Part shown: positions 1 to 16,341 of the stretch, piece after piece
Position numbering within the stretch: the stretch's first letter is position 1
Layout of the letters: every line of letters starts with the position of its first letter
Assembly (NCBI RefSeq): GCF_009914755.1
Contig: NC_060930.1
Origin: the human T2T-CHM13v2.0 reference genome, Homo sapiens
Length of the DNA stretch: 64,000 bases
Strand: one strand, 5' to 3'
Notes under the pieces: generated by a model
What the model was told of the DNA's origin: nothing
Databases searched by the model: none
Seen by the model: the letters and a program-made list of their open reading frames with translations, nothing else
Program-made: the position numbers and the translations under genes

Positions 1-837
1 TGCTAATGGGGAAGAGACATTTTAGACTCTGAGGTCTGTACTTACTCAGGTCACACCCTTTGCCCTGCCTATATGCCCAGGTAGGTGGCCAAGCCCTGGG
101 TTCCCCCAAATATTAGGAACAGTGACATTGAGAACAAGCGATGTTCTATGAGCCCTTAGTATGTGTCTGGCTCAGTCATACCATAGGCCTATTAAATCAC
201 TTAAGCCTCAGAACACCCCGCGAGGCCATGAAAATTAAGCCATTTTAAACACAGCAAGTTTAAACAATAATTCGGTGGTGTCTCTACTTTCAAAATAGTT
301 TATTAGGGATCTTAATGAAGGCCATGGATCCTCTTAGCTAAACAAATAAACTAAATTTCTTTTGAATTACAATGTCAACAAAAGAAAACTTTGAAATTGT
401 CTGATCGTCCTTCCCTTCTGAGGATAAAGACTGGCAATTATCCATGGCCCCTGCTATTTTTGCTAACTCCTGCTATGTTTAACATCAATAGAGCCAAATT
501 TTAGATCACTGGTTTTGGTAAATAGCTCATAGTGAGACTAATGTTTACTCAGCAGACAGTGGGTTCCTATTGCTTCAAATTGGTTTTGCGCTGGGGAAGA
601 TGGAGAGGGACATATGGAAGGACCCAATATTACAGTGAATCGGGGTGAACCTGCCAGAGAGAAGCCTCCTGTATGTCTCAGCTACAGGGAGAGAAGGAGG
701 CCAGGAGACCCTGCCAGGCTGACCAGCCTCCCTCAGCCCCTTACTGCTACAGAGCAGCGGTGTCTACCATTGATCTGGAAGATGCACAGTGAGGCATGCA
801 GAAGCCTCATTCTGGAGCAGCCACAGACTGAGGAAGT

Positions 838-1016
838 CACTAATTCCCAAAATGTGTCCCCAGGACCAGTAACATCAACCATCTGCGAACTTGCTAGAAA
901 TCCTCAGGCCCCACTCCAGCCCCACCAAATCAGAGACCTGGGTCTAGGACCCAGCAGTCTGTGTCTTAGCAAGCCTCTGGGGGGACTCCCATGCTAGCCA
1001 AGGTGTGAGAACCCCA
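838..1016. mobile_element. MER5A-like hAT-Charlie DNA transposon
   Basis: Degenerate match to MER5A (ttcccaaaatgtgtccccaggaccag...aaatcagagacctggg...cccagcagtctgtgtcttagcaagcc...gagaaccc). Confidence 0.7.
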
Positions 1017-1177
1017 GGGCTAAAGAACCTGGGGTGATCCTCTTTCCAGGCTTCAGAGTCTATGAAAGGAAAGATTTTGGTTAAACATATTTACCTCGGG
1101 CCCCCCTTCACCCCCAAGTCACGTATTCGAGATTCTCTAATTCTGTACATCTGTGATATAAACACACATATCTGGCA

Positions 1178-1871
<694 letters not shown>

Positions 1872-1951
1872 TGTATTGATAGGAAGGCCCTACATTGGGT
1901 TATATCTGTAGATGACCTGGAAGCTGGATTTGTAAAGAATAAGCAGTAATT

Positions 1952-1954
<3 letters not shown>

Positions 1955-2012
<58 letters not shown>
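1955..2012. repeat. (TA)29 microsatellite
   Basis: Perfect TA dinucleotide run. Confidence 0.98.
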
Positions 2013-2016
<4 letters not shown>

Positions 2017-2216
2017 TACTTTAAGTTCTAGGGTACATGTGCACAATGTGCAGGTTTGTTACATATGTATACATGTGCCATGTTGGTGTGCTGCACCCAT
2101 TAACTCATCATTTACATTAGGTATATCTCCTAATGCTATCCCTCCCCCCTCCCCTCACCCCACAGTGGCCCCGGTGTATGTTGTTCCCCTTCCTGTGTCC
2201 AGGTGTTCTCACTGTT
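2013..2216 (-). mobile_element. L1PA 3' end (about 200 bp, 5'-truncated)
   Basis: attatactttaagttctagggtacatgtgcacaatgtgcaggtttgttac... is the antisense L1PA 3' terminus. Confidence 0.92.
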
Positions 2217-2734
2217 AGGAAGGCATTGAATGTTCATACAAATCTAGTGATGGGGATGTATGTGAGACCTGTGACTGTTTCCATGTTGCAACTTAAAAAA
2301 CAAAAAAAAGAATAAAATTAGTTTCAACTTACCTGTATTTGGGACTCTTTAAGCCTTTTGAAGCTTGTCTATCCATAATAGGAAGTAAATTAATATGAAT
2401 GGGTGTCTTTTAGGGGCCATGCATGCACCATGATGAATGTTGACCAAGCATTATGTCATTTAAATCAAAAGGTAACTCTGTCAAATGAGACGGTTCCCCT
2501 GATTTTAAAGAGACTGAGATCGACTGAAGTTAAAATCTATGATCATACAGTAAGTCACAAGTCAAAGATTGGAAACTTGTATCTCACTCCATAATTCACC
2601 CTTTAGTATCTCACTAGTTGAGCGATTATACTTTTAAAATATAAAACTAAATTTTCAACAAATGAGACATGAACATCTTTTGCCACTTCAGAAATACAAC
2701 TGGACAACAGAGTGGTTGTTAAAGTTATGTTGTA

Positions 2735-3041
<307 letters not shown>

Positions 3042-3101
3042 TCACGTTATAAAGGGCATTGGGAACCTCTCACCATCAGCAGTACTTCTCATTTTGTTTT
3101 G

Positions 3102-3103
<2 letters not shown>

Positions 3104-3145
<42 letters not shown>
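3104..3145. repeat. (GT)21 microsatellite
   Basis: Perfect GT run. Confidence 0.98.
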
Positions 3146-3149
<4 letters not shown>

Positions 3150-3879
3150 ATATATATGTCATCCAGTACCCAAATTGTACCCTTCTAACAGTTATTTAAA
3201 TCACCTAGTGTAATCCCTTAATATGTAGTTATATTTTATTTTGTCATAAATAAAAAACATAAGCAAAAGCTGTTGGGGAAATAATAACCCCGAAGATAAC
3301 CACCAATAACAAACAGACTTTCTAAATCTATCTAGAACCTGGCAGTCTCCATAATGGGTCAACTTCCGACTTGTTCCTTGTTGCCTCAGGGCTGTTCTGA
3401 ACCCTGAAGTTCCCCCACTCTGTAGCTGATGACCTGCTGCGTTCATTCCTTACGAGGAAGCAGCCACTTCCTCCCGTGGGCTAGCAGCCTGGCACTTCTG
3501 CATCTTTAGTGGCATAGCTGAGTGGTACCAATGCTTCTCATTTTATTCCTACAAAACAAAAAACCTCAGCAAGGCCTGTGTTTTCATCTCCATCATTCTC
3601 CCTTTATCTGCCTAGGCCTTTAGATGAAAAAATGGCCAAGGTACTTGGAGAGATACAAGCTGTCAGGGAGGCAGGGGAGTCAGACCCAGGTTTTAGCCTC
3701 ATAATAAAGAAAATCATGAAATCCCTTCCCACTTCTCTCCTTTCCTAACTCCTTCTTGTAAGTTTATCAAAATGAAAGCAGATGAGGATGTACAGATTGC
3801 CCACCAAGGGTTCTTAGATTCTGACTTGCTTAATACTTAAAATATAATTTTATTCAGTCCGTTAGAAAAGCTCTTGTCT

Positions 3880-4184
<305 letters not shown>

Positions 4185-5121
4185 CTACTTGAAGAGCTAC
4201 TTCCTACAGTATTAAAAAAATTCAGTCTAGAATATATTCTGCTTTTCTGTTAAATTGTACCTTAATTTGGAAGCATGGAACATTCTTGTGTCACAGCAGT
4301 GTCTCTCTACCCTGGCAATACATATGAATCACAGGAAAAAATACTCTGGTCTTGCCCTCCAGTGAATATGCTGTTTTAAAATAGTGTTTGATTGCTGTTT
4401 AGCACCTTGATTTTTGAAAACTTGCAGAATTTCATGTGGCATTTTTACATAGTTGAACGTACTTGGTGACTTTGAATTTGTTTATATATTATTATCCCTG
4501 ACAATGGAACTAATTTTAAGTCTTTTCAGTTTGACATAGTAGAGCCTTTCACTCTGGTGAAGATCAGGACTTACAAAAAGATTCAAAGTGCAACAATTGC
4601 AAATAACAACTTTATCGGTGCTGAGTTTCGGAGTTGAAAGTATCCTCAATGGTTGATGGTCCGACTGACCTGTTAGCATGTTGAGAATGAATCTTAGTTG
4701 GTTCTTTGGAGTGAGGGGGGAGATGTTTGCTGGTGCTGTCCTCTGAGGGCAGGGAATAGTCAGCATAAACGCACTCTTCATTAACCTTGGGCTTCAGACA
4801 TAAACCTTCCTCTGGTCTTCTTCCCATGGAGTTTGGCAGCATTTCACACAGGTCTCAAGGGCCCCTCTTGTCCCTTCTGAACAAGCCCCCTCTGAACTCA
4901 GAGACAAAAGGGGCTTTTCCTATAACACACCTCACCCTGGACCCCAGCATGATTCCTGCCTAGTTCTATTCACAATCCTTTATTTCTCCTTTGGAGAGTC
5001 TAATCCTTGAAGTCTGTCATCCTTGACCCCATCAAAGCGTTTTTCATTGGGATGATGGACTAGGGGAAGGCTGAGGCAGGTGGAGTAAGGGGCTGCAGGC
5101 AGCCTTGAGCTCTCCGTGGAG

Positions 5122-5262
5122 CACTGGTTCTCAACCTTACATCACCCAAAGAGTTCAGGTACCTTTGCCCATTCCTGGGCCCTGTCCCTGAAAATTCTGA
5201 TGTTGTGCTCTTGGGCAGGGCCCAGCAATCTGGTTGCTTGTTGAAAATCTTGCTGATGATGA
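5122..5262. mobile_element. MER5-like fragment (appears interrupted by the MLT1 LTR)
   Basis: cactggttctcaacc...gggcccagcaatctg. Confidence 0.5.
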
Positions 5263-5652
5263 TTGTTAGCCAGCTTGGACTGCCATAACAATAACACAGA
5301 CTGGTGGCTTAAATGACAGACATTTATTTTCTCATAGTCCTGGTGGTTGTAAGTCCAAGATCAAGGTGCTAGTGGGGTTGGTGTCCAGTGAGGCCTTTCT
5401 TCCTGGCTTACAGACGGCTGCCTTCTGGCTGTATTCTCACATAGGCTTTTGCATAGAGAGAGAGCAAGATCTCTCGTATTTCCTTCTCTTCCTATAGGGA
5501 CACCAGTCCTGTTGGACTAGAGCCCCACCCTTATGACCTCATTTAATTCCACCTCCTTAAAGGGCTCGTCTCCAAATACAGTCACTTTGGGGGTTAGGGC
5601 TTCAACATCAACATATGTATTTGGGCGGGGGGACAAAATTCAGTCCATAGCA
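5263..5652 (-). mobile_element. MLT1A-family MaLR solo LTR
   Basis: aagtccaagatcaaggtg...atgacctcatttaa...gggggttagggcttcaacat...cagtccatagca. Confidence 0.85.
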
Positions 5653-6882
5653 GTAATTTAGGAGGTGTTAGGTAACACCTGGAGAAATAATGGTTTAGGG
5701 TGTGTACTAACAATCACCAGTTTTTTGGTTTACAATACCATTATGATAATTGATGTATTAAAATGTCTAAATAGATTAAAATCTCTAAGTGTCTGCAGAA
5801 GAATGAAATGTAAAGCATACTTCAAAGATATGCCATCGGAACACTCATTTTTATAAGCTGTAAATGGTTTATCTCATCTTCAGGGAAACTTTTAAAAAAT
5901 AAAATCCTGGGATGGGATTTATCCATGCAGAAAAGCACAAGAATCCCCTGTTCTCTGACACTGTCTTTGTCATGGGGTTTCCAGAGAGAAACATGGAAAG
6001 CGGCGGGGACCGCCTGTCCCACTCAACCCTTGCCCCTCTCCAGCCACCACTGCCCACGCACAGGGCCCCCTGAGCCCAGTCGCCCCACCTGCCAGGAGGT
6101 GTGCTGGAAACAAGCACGTGACCTTGCAAACTAAGCATGTTACTAGACTTGCTCAATCCACCTCCAGTCTGGAGTAGCTTTTTCCCTGGGGGAAGCTTTT
6201 AGCTTCTGCTTTTTCTTCCTCATGAGGATTAGGGGAAAATGGTTGGTTTTGTTTTTCTATCCCGCTCACCCACTCCCTCCTCCTTATGCTCCTGAGGGAA
6301 GATATCACGTATCAGAGGCGATTCTTCTTCAGAAAGACTTGGGTATGTCTACAAATCCTCTTGGAGGCCTCGGTGTGTTAAAAGTTTTATCTCTGGGGTT
6401 CAGAAAGAAATAAACACTGGGATGGCGTGCAGGGTAGGGCTTCCCCTTTCTAGGAAAAATGCTGCTGATGAACTAATGCCTCTAGGTGCCGTCTTAAATG
6501 ATCAATGTCAAAATGCACAAATGCTCTTCCAAGTTATTCCTCTTTTTTCCTTGCCCGTAAATCCAGTTTTATAGTCATTGTTTATTTTGATGGGACTAGA
6601 ATCTCCAATTCTAAGTCTTCACTCCTGTCCTATTATTTTCTAAAAAGGTACAACAAAACAAGTGTTTTATGAGATTAGGATGTGATACGTAAATGTTGGC
6701 ATTTATAGTAGATCTTGTCTTATTTTTCAGAAGAGCTTGTAAACAAATCCTCACTTCAGTACTTCCATAAGGGTGGGTAAATGTTAGCAACCCCTGAGTC
6801 TCGCCAGCGAGCTCAGTATGTCATTCTTTGGGGGCTGTGGTTTGTCTTGATGTTCCATCAAGTTGTCAATTTCAAAAACTAT

Positions 6883-7201
6883 GCCAGGCATGGTGCGGTG
6901 GCTTATGCCTGTAATCCCAGCAATTTGGGAGGCCAAGGTGGGAGGATCACTTGAGCCCAGGTGTTTGAGACCAGCTGGGCAACATAGGGAAACCCCATCT
7001 CCACATATAATTTAAAAAATTAGCCAGGCATGGTGGTGCACACCTGTGGTCCCAACTACCCAGAAGGCTTAGGCAGGAGGATCACCTGAGCCTGGGAGGT
7101 TGAGGCTGCAGTAAGCTGTAATCATGCCACTTTGCTCCAGCCAGGGCAACAGAGCAAGACTCTGTCTCAAAAAAAAAAAAAAATCAAAAACAAAAACAAA
7201 A
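6883..7201 (+). mobile_element. AluJ
   Basis: gggaggatcacttgagcccagg J-type diagnostics, A-rich tail. Confidence 0.93.
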
Positions 7202-7454
7202 CAGGAACTATGACACCAGTTATCTGTTTGGTTTGGCAGAATTAATTGCTTCTTCTATCTTAATTCCTTCATAGAAACCCTGACCAAATTCTAATGTTTT
7301 ATTTAAACGGAGGTTTTCAAAAGAACTGATAGGATAAGATACTTTGAATATAAAGAGACCAAAAAAATGAAAATAAGAGCTAATTAGGATAAATGGCAAA
7401 GACAATTTACATTTCCTGATCCGTGATGAATTTTTCCCCACCCCTCCACTGTAA

Positions 7455-7889
<435 letters not shown>

Positions 7890-9609
7890 TAGGAGGAATA
7901 AATTGTTCTTATCAGATCATATAGTCTGGTAATTTCTAGGACTAGTAACCTAATATACAGTACAGTGTCCGGATGTGCCCACGTGTATAATCCAGAGTCA
8001 TGCACCTCAAGGGCCAGGCAGATCATATAAAGGAGTGGCGGAGGACAGGTGTAATATGAAAGGGGATGGTGAGGACTGTGGCACACTGGGAAGTGCACAG
8101 CCAGGGTGACGTGAGCAAGCTTAGCTCTACCCACTGCTGCTGTGCAGGAGCATTAGACTAGTGTTAACTCATGTTGATCCCTTTTTAATTTTTTGGCACC
8201 CCAACCCCAAGCCCCCCAAAAATCTGTTTTTTTAATGCAGAGTATCCTGATTGTTTAAACTTGGGTCATCAATACAAAGAAATTAAACCCTGTGTTGACC
8301 AAACAACAGGTCCACAGGTCACACTCTGTCTAATCAGCCTCAGCTCCGTCAAGCCTCACCAGCCCTGTGGGTACAGGTAAAGTCACTTTAAAAGATCAGA
8401 CTTGGCCAGCTCAGCTGTCACTTCACACAGACATAAAGACAGGACCTCCCAGGCAGCACCTCCTGGCTCCCCTTTCCTCTGCCTGACCCGTCACTGCCCT
8501 TCCACCCACACTGTACTGATCCTTCCAGGGGCCCCTGCCCCGGATATTCAGCATTCCCAGGCTCCCTGTAGGAATTCTCCTAGTGGGCCCCCCAAATCTC
8601 TACCCCCAGGCTGCTAAGAAATCCCTGTTCTTTTCCTTATGGGAAAAGGATTCCTCTCCTCTTGTGTTTCCTGCTGTTAGACAGAAGGATCTCACAGCCA
8701 AGTTGCCTGGCATATTACATCTCTTGGTTTTGGTTTTTCGGCCACCCAGTCTCTTTTTCATGTCATTCTCAGGCTGTCCAAATGGCCAGGTGAGGCCAGC
8801 CTGAGTACTTGCCACATACTAAATCAGAACTTCCTCTCACCAGAAGAATGGCCTTCTGCTTATTCTACTTGTCCTACCAGACTTCCTTCCCCTTCTCTCT
8901 CCCAGGGTCACCAAGGCTTCTGTTGCCATCAGATCTCAGCCCCAGCCCCACCTTCATTCCCCACATAGAATCTGTGATATGTGCCTGAAAATATCTGAAT
9001 CCTAGTTTTATATATTGTTAGAATACTTTTTCTAGGATCCCCCCTTAGGCCCCTTGTAAATCAGTCAGTCATTCCATAAAAGTAAGTAAATGGGTTAGGG
9101 GATAGCTACAAAGACCCTTCTAGTCTCACTCACCCAATTTCTATGGAGGCTCATCCAGGACATCTCACTGCAGTGAATGTGTTCTAATAATCATAATTGT
9201 ATATAAACTTAAGGTATAAGAGTTCCTTGAATAATTCAGAACTAACTGTACTTTATATTATCTATATATCGTAGGAGCATAATTTTTGCAGGTGTACAGT
9301 TAGCTCAGCTGCTGTGCTACTGCTATGTCAGGGATATCTTATGGCAGGTGCTTATTTGGGATGCAACCACAAATGATGACAATACCCCTGTGGTAAAATT
9401 AGCTGTTTCATAATCTACTTTATAACCTGGTTTCCAGAATGCAATTTTGCAGAAAGTGGAGATGATGTCAGTGAACAGGTAAAAAGCATGACCTGGATGC
9501 TAGACATTGGCTTACTGTCAGATGATGTCGTCGAAAAATTTTGCAGGGAGTTTTCTATTGATAATAGTTAAGACATCTTTCACAAATTCTGCCACAGAAG
9601 GAATTACAG

Positions 9610-9904
9610 GGCTGGGCGCGGTGGCTCATGCCTGTAATCCCAACACTTTGGGAAGCCGAGGCGGACGGAACACAAGGTCAGGAGATCGAGATCATCCTGG
9701 CTAACACGGTGAAACTCTGTCTCTACTAAAAATACAAAACATTAGCCGGGCATGGTGGTGGGAGCCTGTAGTTCCCAGCTACTTAAGGAGGCTGAGGCAG
9801 GAGAATCACTTGAACCCAGGAGGTGGAGGTTTCAGTGAGCCGAGATTGCGCCACTGCACTCCAGCCTGGGCGACAGAGCGAGACTCCATCTCAAAAAACA
9901 AAAA
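9610..9904 (+). mobile_element. AluSc/AluY-like
   Basis: ggagatcgagatcatcctggctaacacgg; TSD ggaattacag. Confidence 0.93.
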
Positions 9905-10087
9905 CGGAATTACAGGGAATAAAAAGCATTTTCCTGCACAAAGGCCACATGCTCCTGGTTTTGCATCAACCTGTGGTTATCTGACCATAATCGTGGGACC
10001 ATGTTTTACAATTCTAAAGTTATTTGAGAGCCTCAAGAGAGTCTATGGAGTTAAAAAGTGGATTGGTGGGACCCTCACCCCAAATCA

Positions 10088-10275
10088 TGGAACCTTAGAT
10101 TTTTAGATTTGGAAAGTCTTCTTAAATGTCAGAGACTCCAGAGTTCTCATTTTACTAATCCAGAAGGATTTTGAATCACAGAGAGGTTAGTGCCTTGTCC
10201 AAGAAGATAAAATTGTCTGGGAGAGCTGAGATTCTACCCACCTCAACTTCAGATCTTGTGTCCTTTCCACACATC
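10088..10275 (-). mobile_element. MIR/MIR3 fragment
   Basis: cacagagaggttagtgccttgtccaag core. Confidence 0.5.
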
Positions 10276-10341
10276 ATTTCATGAGCCGTAGGTGATGGTT
10301 TAGATTGAACAAAATTAATTTGGCTTTGGGGATGGTGTTTT

Positions 10342-10561
10342 CGTTTGTTTGTTTGTTTGTTTTTGAGACAGTTTTGTTCTTTTGCCCAGGCTGGACTCCA
10401 GTGGTACAACACAGCTCACTGCAGCCTCAACCTCTTGGGTTCAAGTGATCCTCCCACCTCAGCCTCCCATGTAGCTGGGACCACAGGCACATGCCACTAC
10501 ACCCAGCTAATTTTTTTTATTTTTTTGTAGAGATGGGGTCTCACTCTGTTGCCCAGGCTGG
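10342..10561 (-). mobile_element. 5'-truncated AluJ
   Basis: Right arm plus part of left arm; TSD tggggatggt (10327-36 / 10562-71). Confidence 0.9.
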
Positions 10562-11364
10562 TGGGGATGGTTTTTATTATTAAATTACTAGGCTGATAAC
10601 CAATAGTCATTATGAAAACATAATTCCTCAAAACTCTTAGAGCAGCATAATTCGTTAGGTTTACCATTTTGTTATGCCCTAATTTGTAGAGACTCTTAAA
10701 CAGATATCTTATGTCTGATCCATACTGGCAACCAGCCAGTTGTCCCTGGTTTTGGGTCCCCCAGGAAATGTATCCAGCTGATCCTGGGAAATACTCAAGG
10801 CTCAAATGCACATGGTCAGTTCTTAAGGCCCCTGGAAGTAGCCAGACAAACAGTGGCCTGACCACTGCCCCCAGCCGTCAGTCTGTCCTTTTGTGACCCC
10901 TTCTTTTAGGGCTCCTTTGATGTTCATTTTAATCTGATAATACCCAGATGGAAATGCTGGGCAGGGAAGTTTACATTGTGATTTACTATAACCACACCTT
11001 TTAAGGACCCAGTCCAAGCGATGAGGCAAGAACAGAGTCATGGTTACCGCCCAAGCAGCTCTGCCCACTGTCTGGAGGAGAAAGAAAAGGTGAGACCAGA
11101 GAAGACTGATACATGCAGGTGAGGGGACGGCATTACCCCAGAGTGGAGAAGGAAAGTAGTACCTACTTTAATAAAGGGGCGTTGTTGCAGTAAACATAGT
11201 TATTAATTGTGGTATGTAACAATATATTTGCAAACAAGATTGCCCAGAAAAAAAAAATCTAGGTTGGGTGTTCTCTGCGGATATAATGCCAGGTACACCA
11301 GCAGTCTATGCCAGTGGGAAGTAAAGCAGCCTGGATGGTCTTTTCTCTTTGGCTGGTTTCCCCT

Positions 11365-11590
11365 GGTTGACCTCTTCTCAACCTTCAGATGTCAGTCCAC
11401 ACATCCCTCCCTCAGGGAAACCTTCCCAGACCACCCCAAACTAGGCCTGGTCCCCTTTACACGTTTCCATAGTGCCTGTGCCTTCCCAGCCCAGTGTGCA
11501 CGTCACACAGTCATCAGTCACCTGTTCAGATGATCCTTCAGTGTGTCTGCCTGGCCAAACTCTGTGCCTTTTGAGGACGCAGCGATGTTG
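11365..11590 (+). mobile_element. L2 fragment
   Basis: ccttcagatgtcag...ctcagggaaaccttcccagaccacc. Confidence 0.55.
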
Positions 11591-12221
11591 ATGTACCTGA
11601 AAGTCTGACTTGGGAGGAGTGGGGAGAATATTTATTTCCCAGAGGATGTTCTCCAAAAATGATGTCTTTTTAACGTTTTTTAATAGTAAGTTGGCATGAG
11701 GACTTAAAATTCTGAAGCCACTTTGGTGGAAGCAGTAGGAAAGTATGTTCTTGACATACAAGGAGAAGGTGATCACAGGGTGGTGACAGTGTTAAGTCCG
11801 CTCTACCCCATGCGCCCCACAGCCACAAGGGGCAGCTCTCCCCTTTGACCTCCCTGCACCGCTCCCCATCACTGAACCCTGCCTCCAGGAATCCCTTCAG
11901 TTAGTTATTCCATCAGTAGTTGAACAAAGATGCAAATAAATATGGGAAACTGATAGGACAGCTCAAATAATTAAGGAACTACAAAATGGAGGTGAGGTGT
12001 GATTTCTCTTGTATTTTCCTAAAGGGGTCTTTAAAGAACTCCAGGGTATGATCGATGATTTGTGCAGGGATGGGATGTCTGGTAACTAACAGTATCTAAG
12101 CAGAGACTGGACACACTTGGTGAGATGTTGTAAGTGTTAATTGAAACACTGGATTAGAAAGCCCCAGAGTATCTTTGCAATGTTGACATGCTGTTATCAT
12201 AGGATTCTTTTTAGTCCATGC

Positions 12222-12350
12222 AGCTCCCCCTAGAAAATAAGTGTCATAAAGGCAGGGGTGTTTATCTGTTTTGTTCACTCTTGTGTCTTTAGTGCCCAAG
12301 ACAGTGCCTGGAACATAGTAGCTGCTCAATAAATATTAAGTAATTGAATA
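12222..12350 (+). mobile_element. L2a 3' end
   Basis: tctgttttgttcact...acagtgcctggaacatagtagctgctcaataaatatt. Confidence 0.8.
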
Positions 12351-12569
12351 TATCAGCAGATATCAAATTCACAATATTTTTCTGGTATAAGATAGGCTCT
12401 AATTAAGTGTTTATTTCATTGACCTGGATCAAGCAGGCCATAAGTCAAAACGGGGCTACAATTTGGCATTGTATCACCGTGTAAAAAACTCAGGCCAGTA
12501 TTCTGACCGCATATGAAGTCAAACTGCTATCACCATTTTAGACCAATGATTCTGGAGTTAGTGTGACAT

Positions 12570-12950
12570 TGCATCAGCCGGGGACCTGGCAAGAAACTGA
12601 ATTAGCTCAGCTGGTTCAAACGAAGGGTGTATGTGAAGCAAAGAGAGACGACAACAGTGGGAAGCCTTAGCCACTGCTTTTGGGACAATCTATAGGGATC
12701 CCTGAGGGATCGGGGACAACATAGAGTTAAGGGAGCGCAAGAAAGGCTGGAACCATGGAGGAGCTGCCCCAAATCAATGAGGGAGTGGAGGAAATGCCCC
12801 TATTTCCCTCTCTTTCTGCTTCAAACTATTGGTGCCTCTAGCCAAACCTACCTGGAAGGCAGCCAGGCAGGGAGCGGAGTGTGCAGACCTTTAGACAAAG
12901 CAAGACTGGGAAAGATTGGGCTGGGGGTGTGGCAGGAACAAGACCTGCCA
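12570..12950. mobile_element. Possible old ERVL-type LTR (LTR16/LTR33-like)
   Basis: Weak resemblance (tgcatcagccggggacctggcaagaaac...tagccaaacctacctggaaggcagccaggcagggag). Confidence 0.3.
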
Positions 12951-15369
12951 TGTAAATTCATTCTGTTCTTCTTATATTTTAACCACACAAATAATACATA
13001 TTCATTAAAGAAAATGTAGAGATCAAACCACCAGTCTTCATATTTTAGCTTCTTCCTCTTCCTTTTTCTCTTCTTTCATTTACTTGTAAAGGATTCAGTA
13101 ATGTTTATTCAGAATAAACAGAAATAAGTTTGGTTACACTTGTTTCTTGACCTAATTCCCATTCAACCTGCAGTGGAACAGAGCTCTCTTTCCTTTCCTT
13201 TGTTCTGTTAACATAAACAAGTTACTTCATGTACCTCTGTGGGAACTGGGAATTAGGCAAGTGTTTAGACTCTCAAAAACTTTCAGCAAGTTTGGCTGTC
13301 AGCTTGGATACCAAGTAATTAAACATAAGATGAAAGATGAGTCCGACTGGGCTTATTCTCTAAGATTAGAAAGTGAACCATAAGTGAAGGCAGCCTAATG
13401 TAGCTTGATTTTACTGTCAACATAAAGTTGCTATCCACTTTTAATTTTAATTGAAGGACAGTTTGAAACTAAGGGGAAAGAGAATTTAGGAAAATAGTGC
13501 AAATGCTTATGTACACAATTGTTGGTAGTTTACATCGGCAACGTCCCACGCTGCTTCACAGCACTCATCATACTTGTCATTTTTTGTTTGAAACTTAAAG
13601 CCCATGTCCATTCACTGCGCCCAGCATGGGGCCTGATCAGTAGGTCCTGGTACATGAGGGCGAGTAAGAGGTGATTGCCAGTTCAAGTAGAGAGAAGGTT
13701 TTGTGAAGGAAGAAAGATCAGCAGGATGTTGCTGTGTGCCTCGAAGTTCAGAACTTTGTGGCAACAGAGGGGTATTTAAGGCCATTGTAATACTGATATA
13801 CTAAGGTCAGTGGCCTTCATTGCCTTCTTTAGTTGAAAAAAAAAATCCTGGAAAGTAGTAAGTCATCTCAACTCATTTAGAGAGAAGTGAGTTCTGATTT
13901 CCTGGGGTGGAATCTATATTTGGCCTTTATAAATATCTCCGTCAATGGGATTGTTCCCATGACTTGGTACAGGAGACCAAGTGAATATCAGTGCAAACCA
14001 CCCACGTCAGTTCTAGAAAGCATATGGGCTCCCCTGAGATAAATCATTTGCTCACAGGTCTTACTTCTTAGAGGTTAAGCTGTCAACCTTATGATGTTGA
14101 ACGTAGCCTTAGGAGTGGGGGAAGAAGACTGATTGTGATGACCCCAAGGATTGTAATTGCTGAGGGTCAGGTGTGGGAGTTTGAGCCAGTTCGGAGATTG
14201 ATTCCTGTTTGCTCCCAGAAGCTTCTCTGTGTCTCCCCTGCAAGCTATACTCCCTCCTCTGCTGCTCTTGAGAATTGTCTCTCAACCTACTACCCCTGGG
14301 TCTATGGGAAGGGGTGGGGGGCAGTTGGCAAGGTGGAGCTGAGCCCTCTCCTTCATTCCATTGCAGCTGTGGGTTTGTGTCCAGAAAAGAGGAGGAAAGG
14401 CTAGCAACTGGAGTTTGCCTCTCTCCTCTGCCAGGATGAGAAATTCCTTTGCAAGCCTCCGTAAAGGTGATTTAAGTCTCAATGGCTGTTACTCTGAAAC
14501 TATAAGAGAATCTTGTTTTAATTGGTATTTTGGAAAATACGTACTGCTGTAAGATTTCAACAGAGCTCCCAAGCCTTTTCTTCCAGTACATTTTTTAGAG
14601 TGTTTCAAAAGTATAGATTGTGTTGAATGCCTTTACTTATGAATGGATTAGATGTGTGTTATCTCCTGGAGAAAAATGTGTCTGGAAGCCTACTGCATTC
14701 TTCCAGGGATAATTAGTTCATTGTGCTGAGCACAGCCAGTCCTCCGATGGTGTCCTTAGAGATGGGACTGATAGATTATCGAAAGCAAGAGGCTTTTTGC
14801 AACATATTTGCTTGCTTGATATCTAAAAATTGTTCAAAAATAACTAAGACTTGACTGTATTGTCTCTGGGAAATAAAAACCAAGTATCCTAATCAAAGAA
14901 AGGAGTGACAAATTGAGCTAATGATTGTCACAGAAGCAGAAAAATGAACCCAGGGAGGAATGCTTGAAACAGCAAGATTTTAGAGTCTGGAACGTGTGCC
15001 CTTCAAGGCCATCTCAGTTCATGTCATGGCCGACTGTTGAAAGGTATACGATGGAGATGTCAAATCATAACTTGGTTGCAAGGGAAAGGCAGGCCATGCA
15101 CAACAGTGTGGTGAATAATAGGCTTTGTTTGTTCATTTGTTTTCTAAAATTCTTAGGACCATGCCTCAATACTGACATTTAGTTCAGTAGGGGCTGAGAA
15201 ACTACATTTTCAGTTGGATGACTGAAGTCCTGGTAACTATTTAGTATTTCTAGTTTGGTTTCTATTGTTAGATTCAGTACCCCAGGACTAACGAAAAATG
15301 GCTTCATTTAATTTCTTCTATACTTGAGTGCTTTTGTCTGCTTTAGACCTATGTCTTTTGCTGACAGAA

Positions 15370-15681
<312 letters not shown>

Positions 15682-15971
15682 TGAAAACAAACTCACTTGC
15701 CACTAAAATTATTTCACTTTGAAAAAAGGCCTTTAGAAATAATTTTTTTAAAAAAAAGAAGTTAGCTTTTTTGTTTGTTTGAACAAGTATGTAATTTGGT
15801 TTGTATAACAATAGCAAGGTGGAATTTGTAGTTGGTGATATTTTCCGGGTTTAGAGTAGACAGTCTGGAAGGATGTGTATAGATTTTTAATAAATCACAG
15901 CAGCTGCAATGCAGAATGGTGTTAGTACGTTAGCTCTTATTTACAGGAGGAAGGTCAGCGTGTTCTTCTGA

Positions 15972-16341
<370 letters not shown>

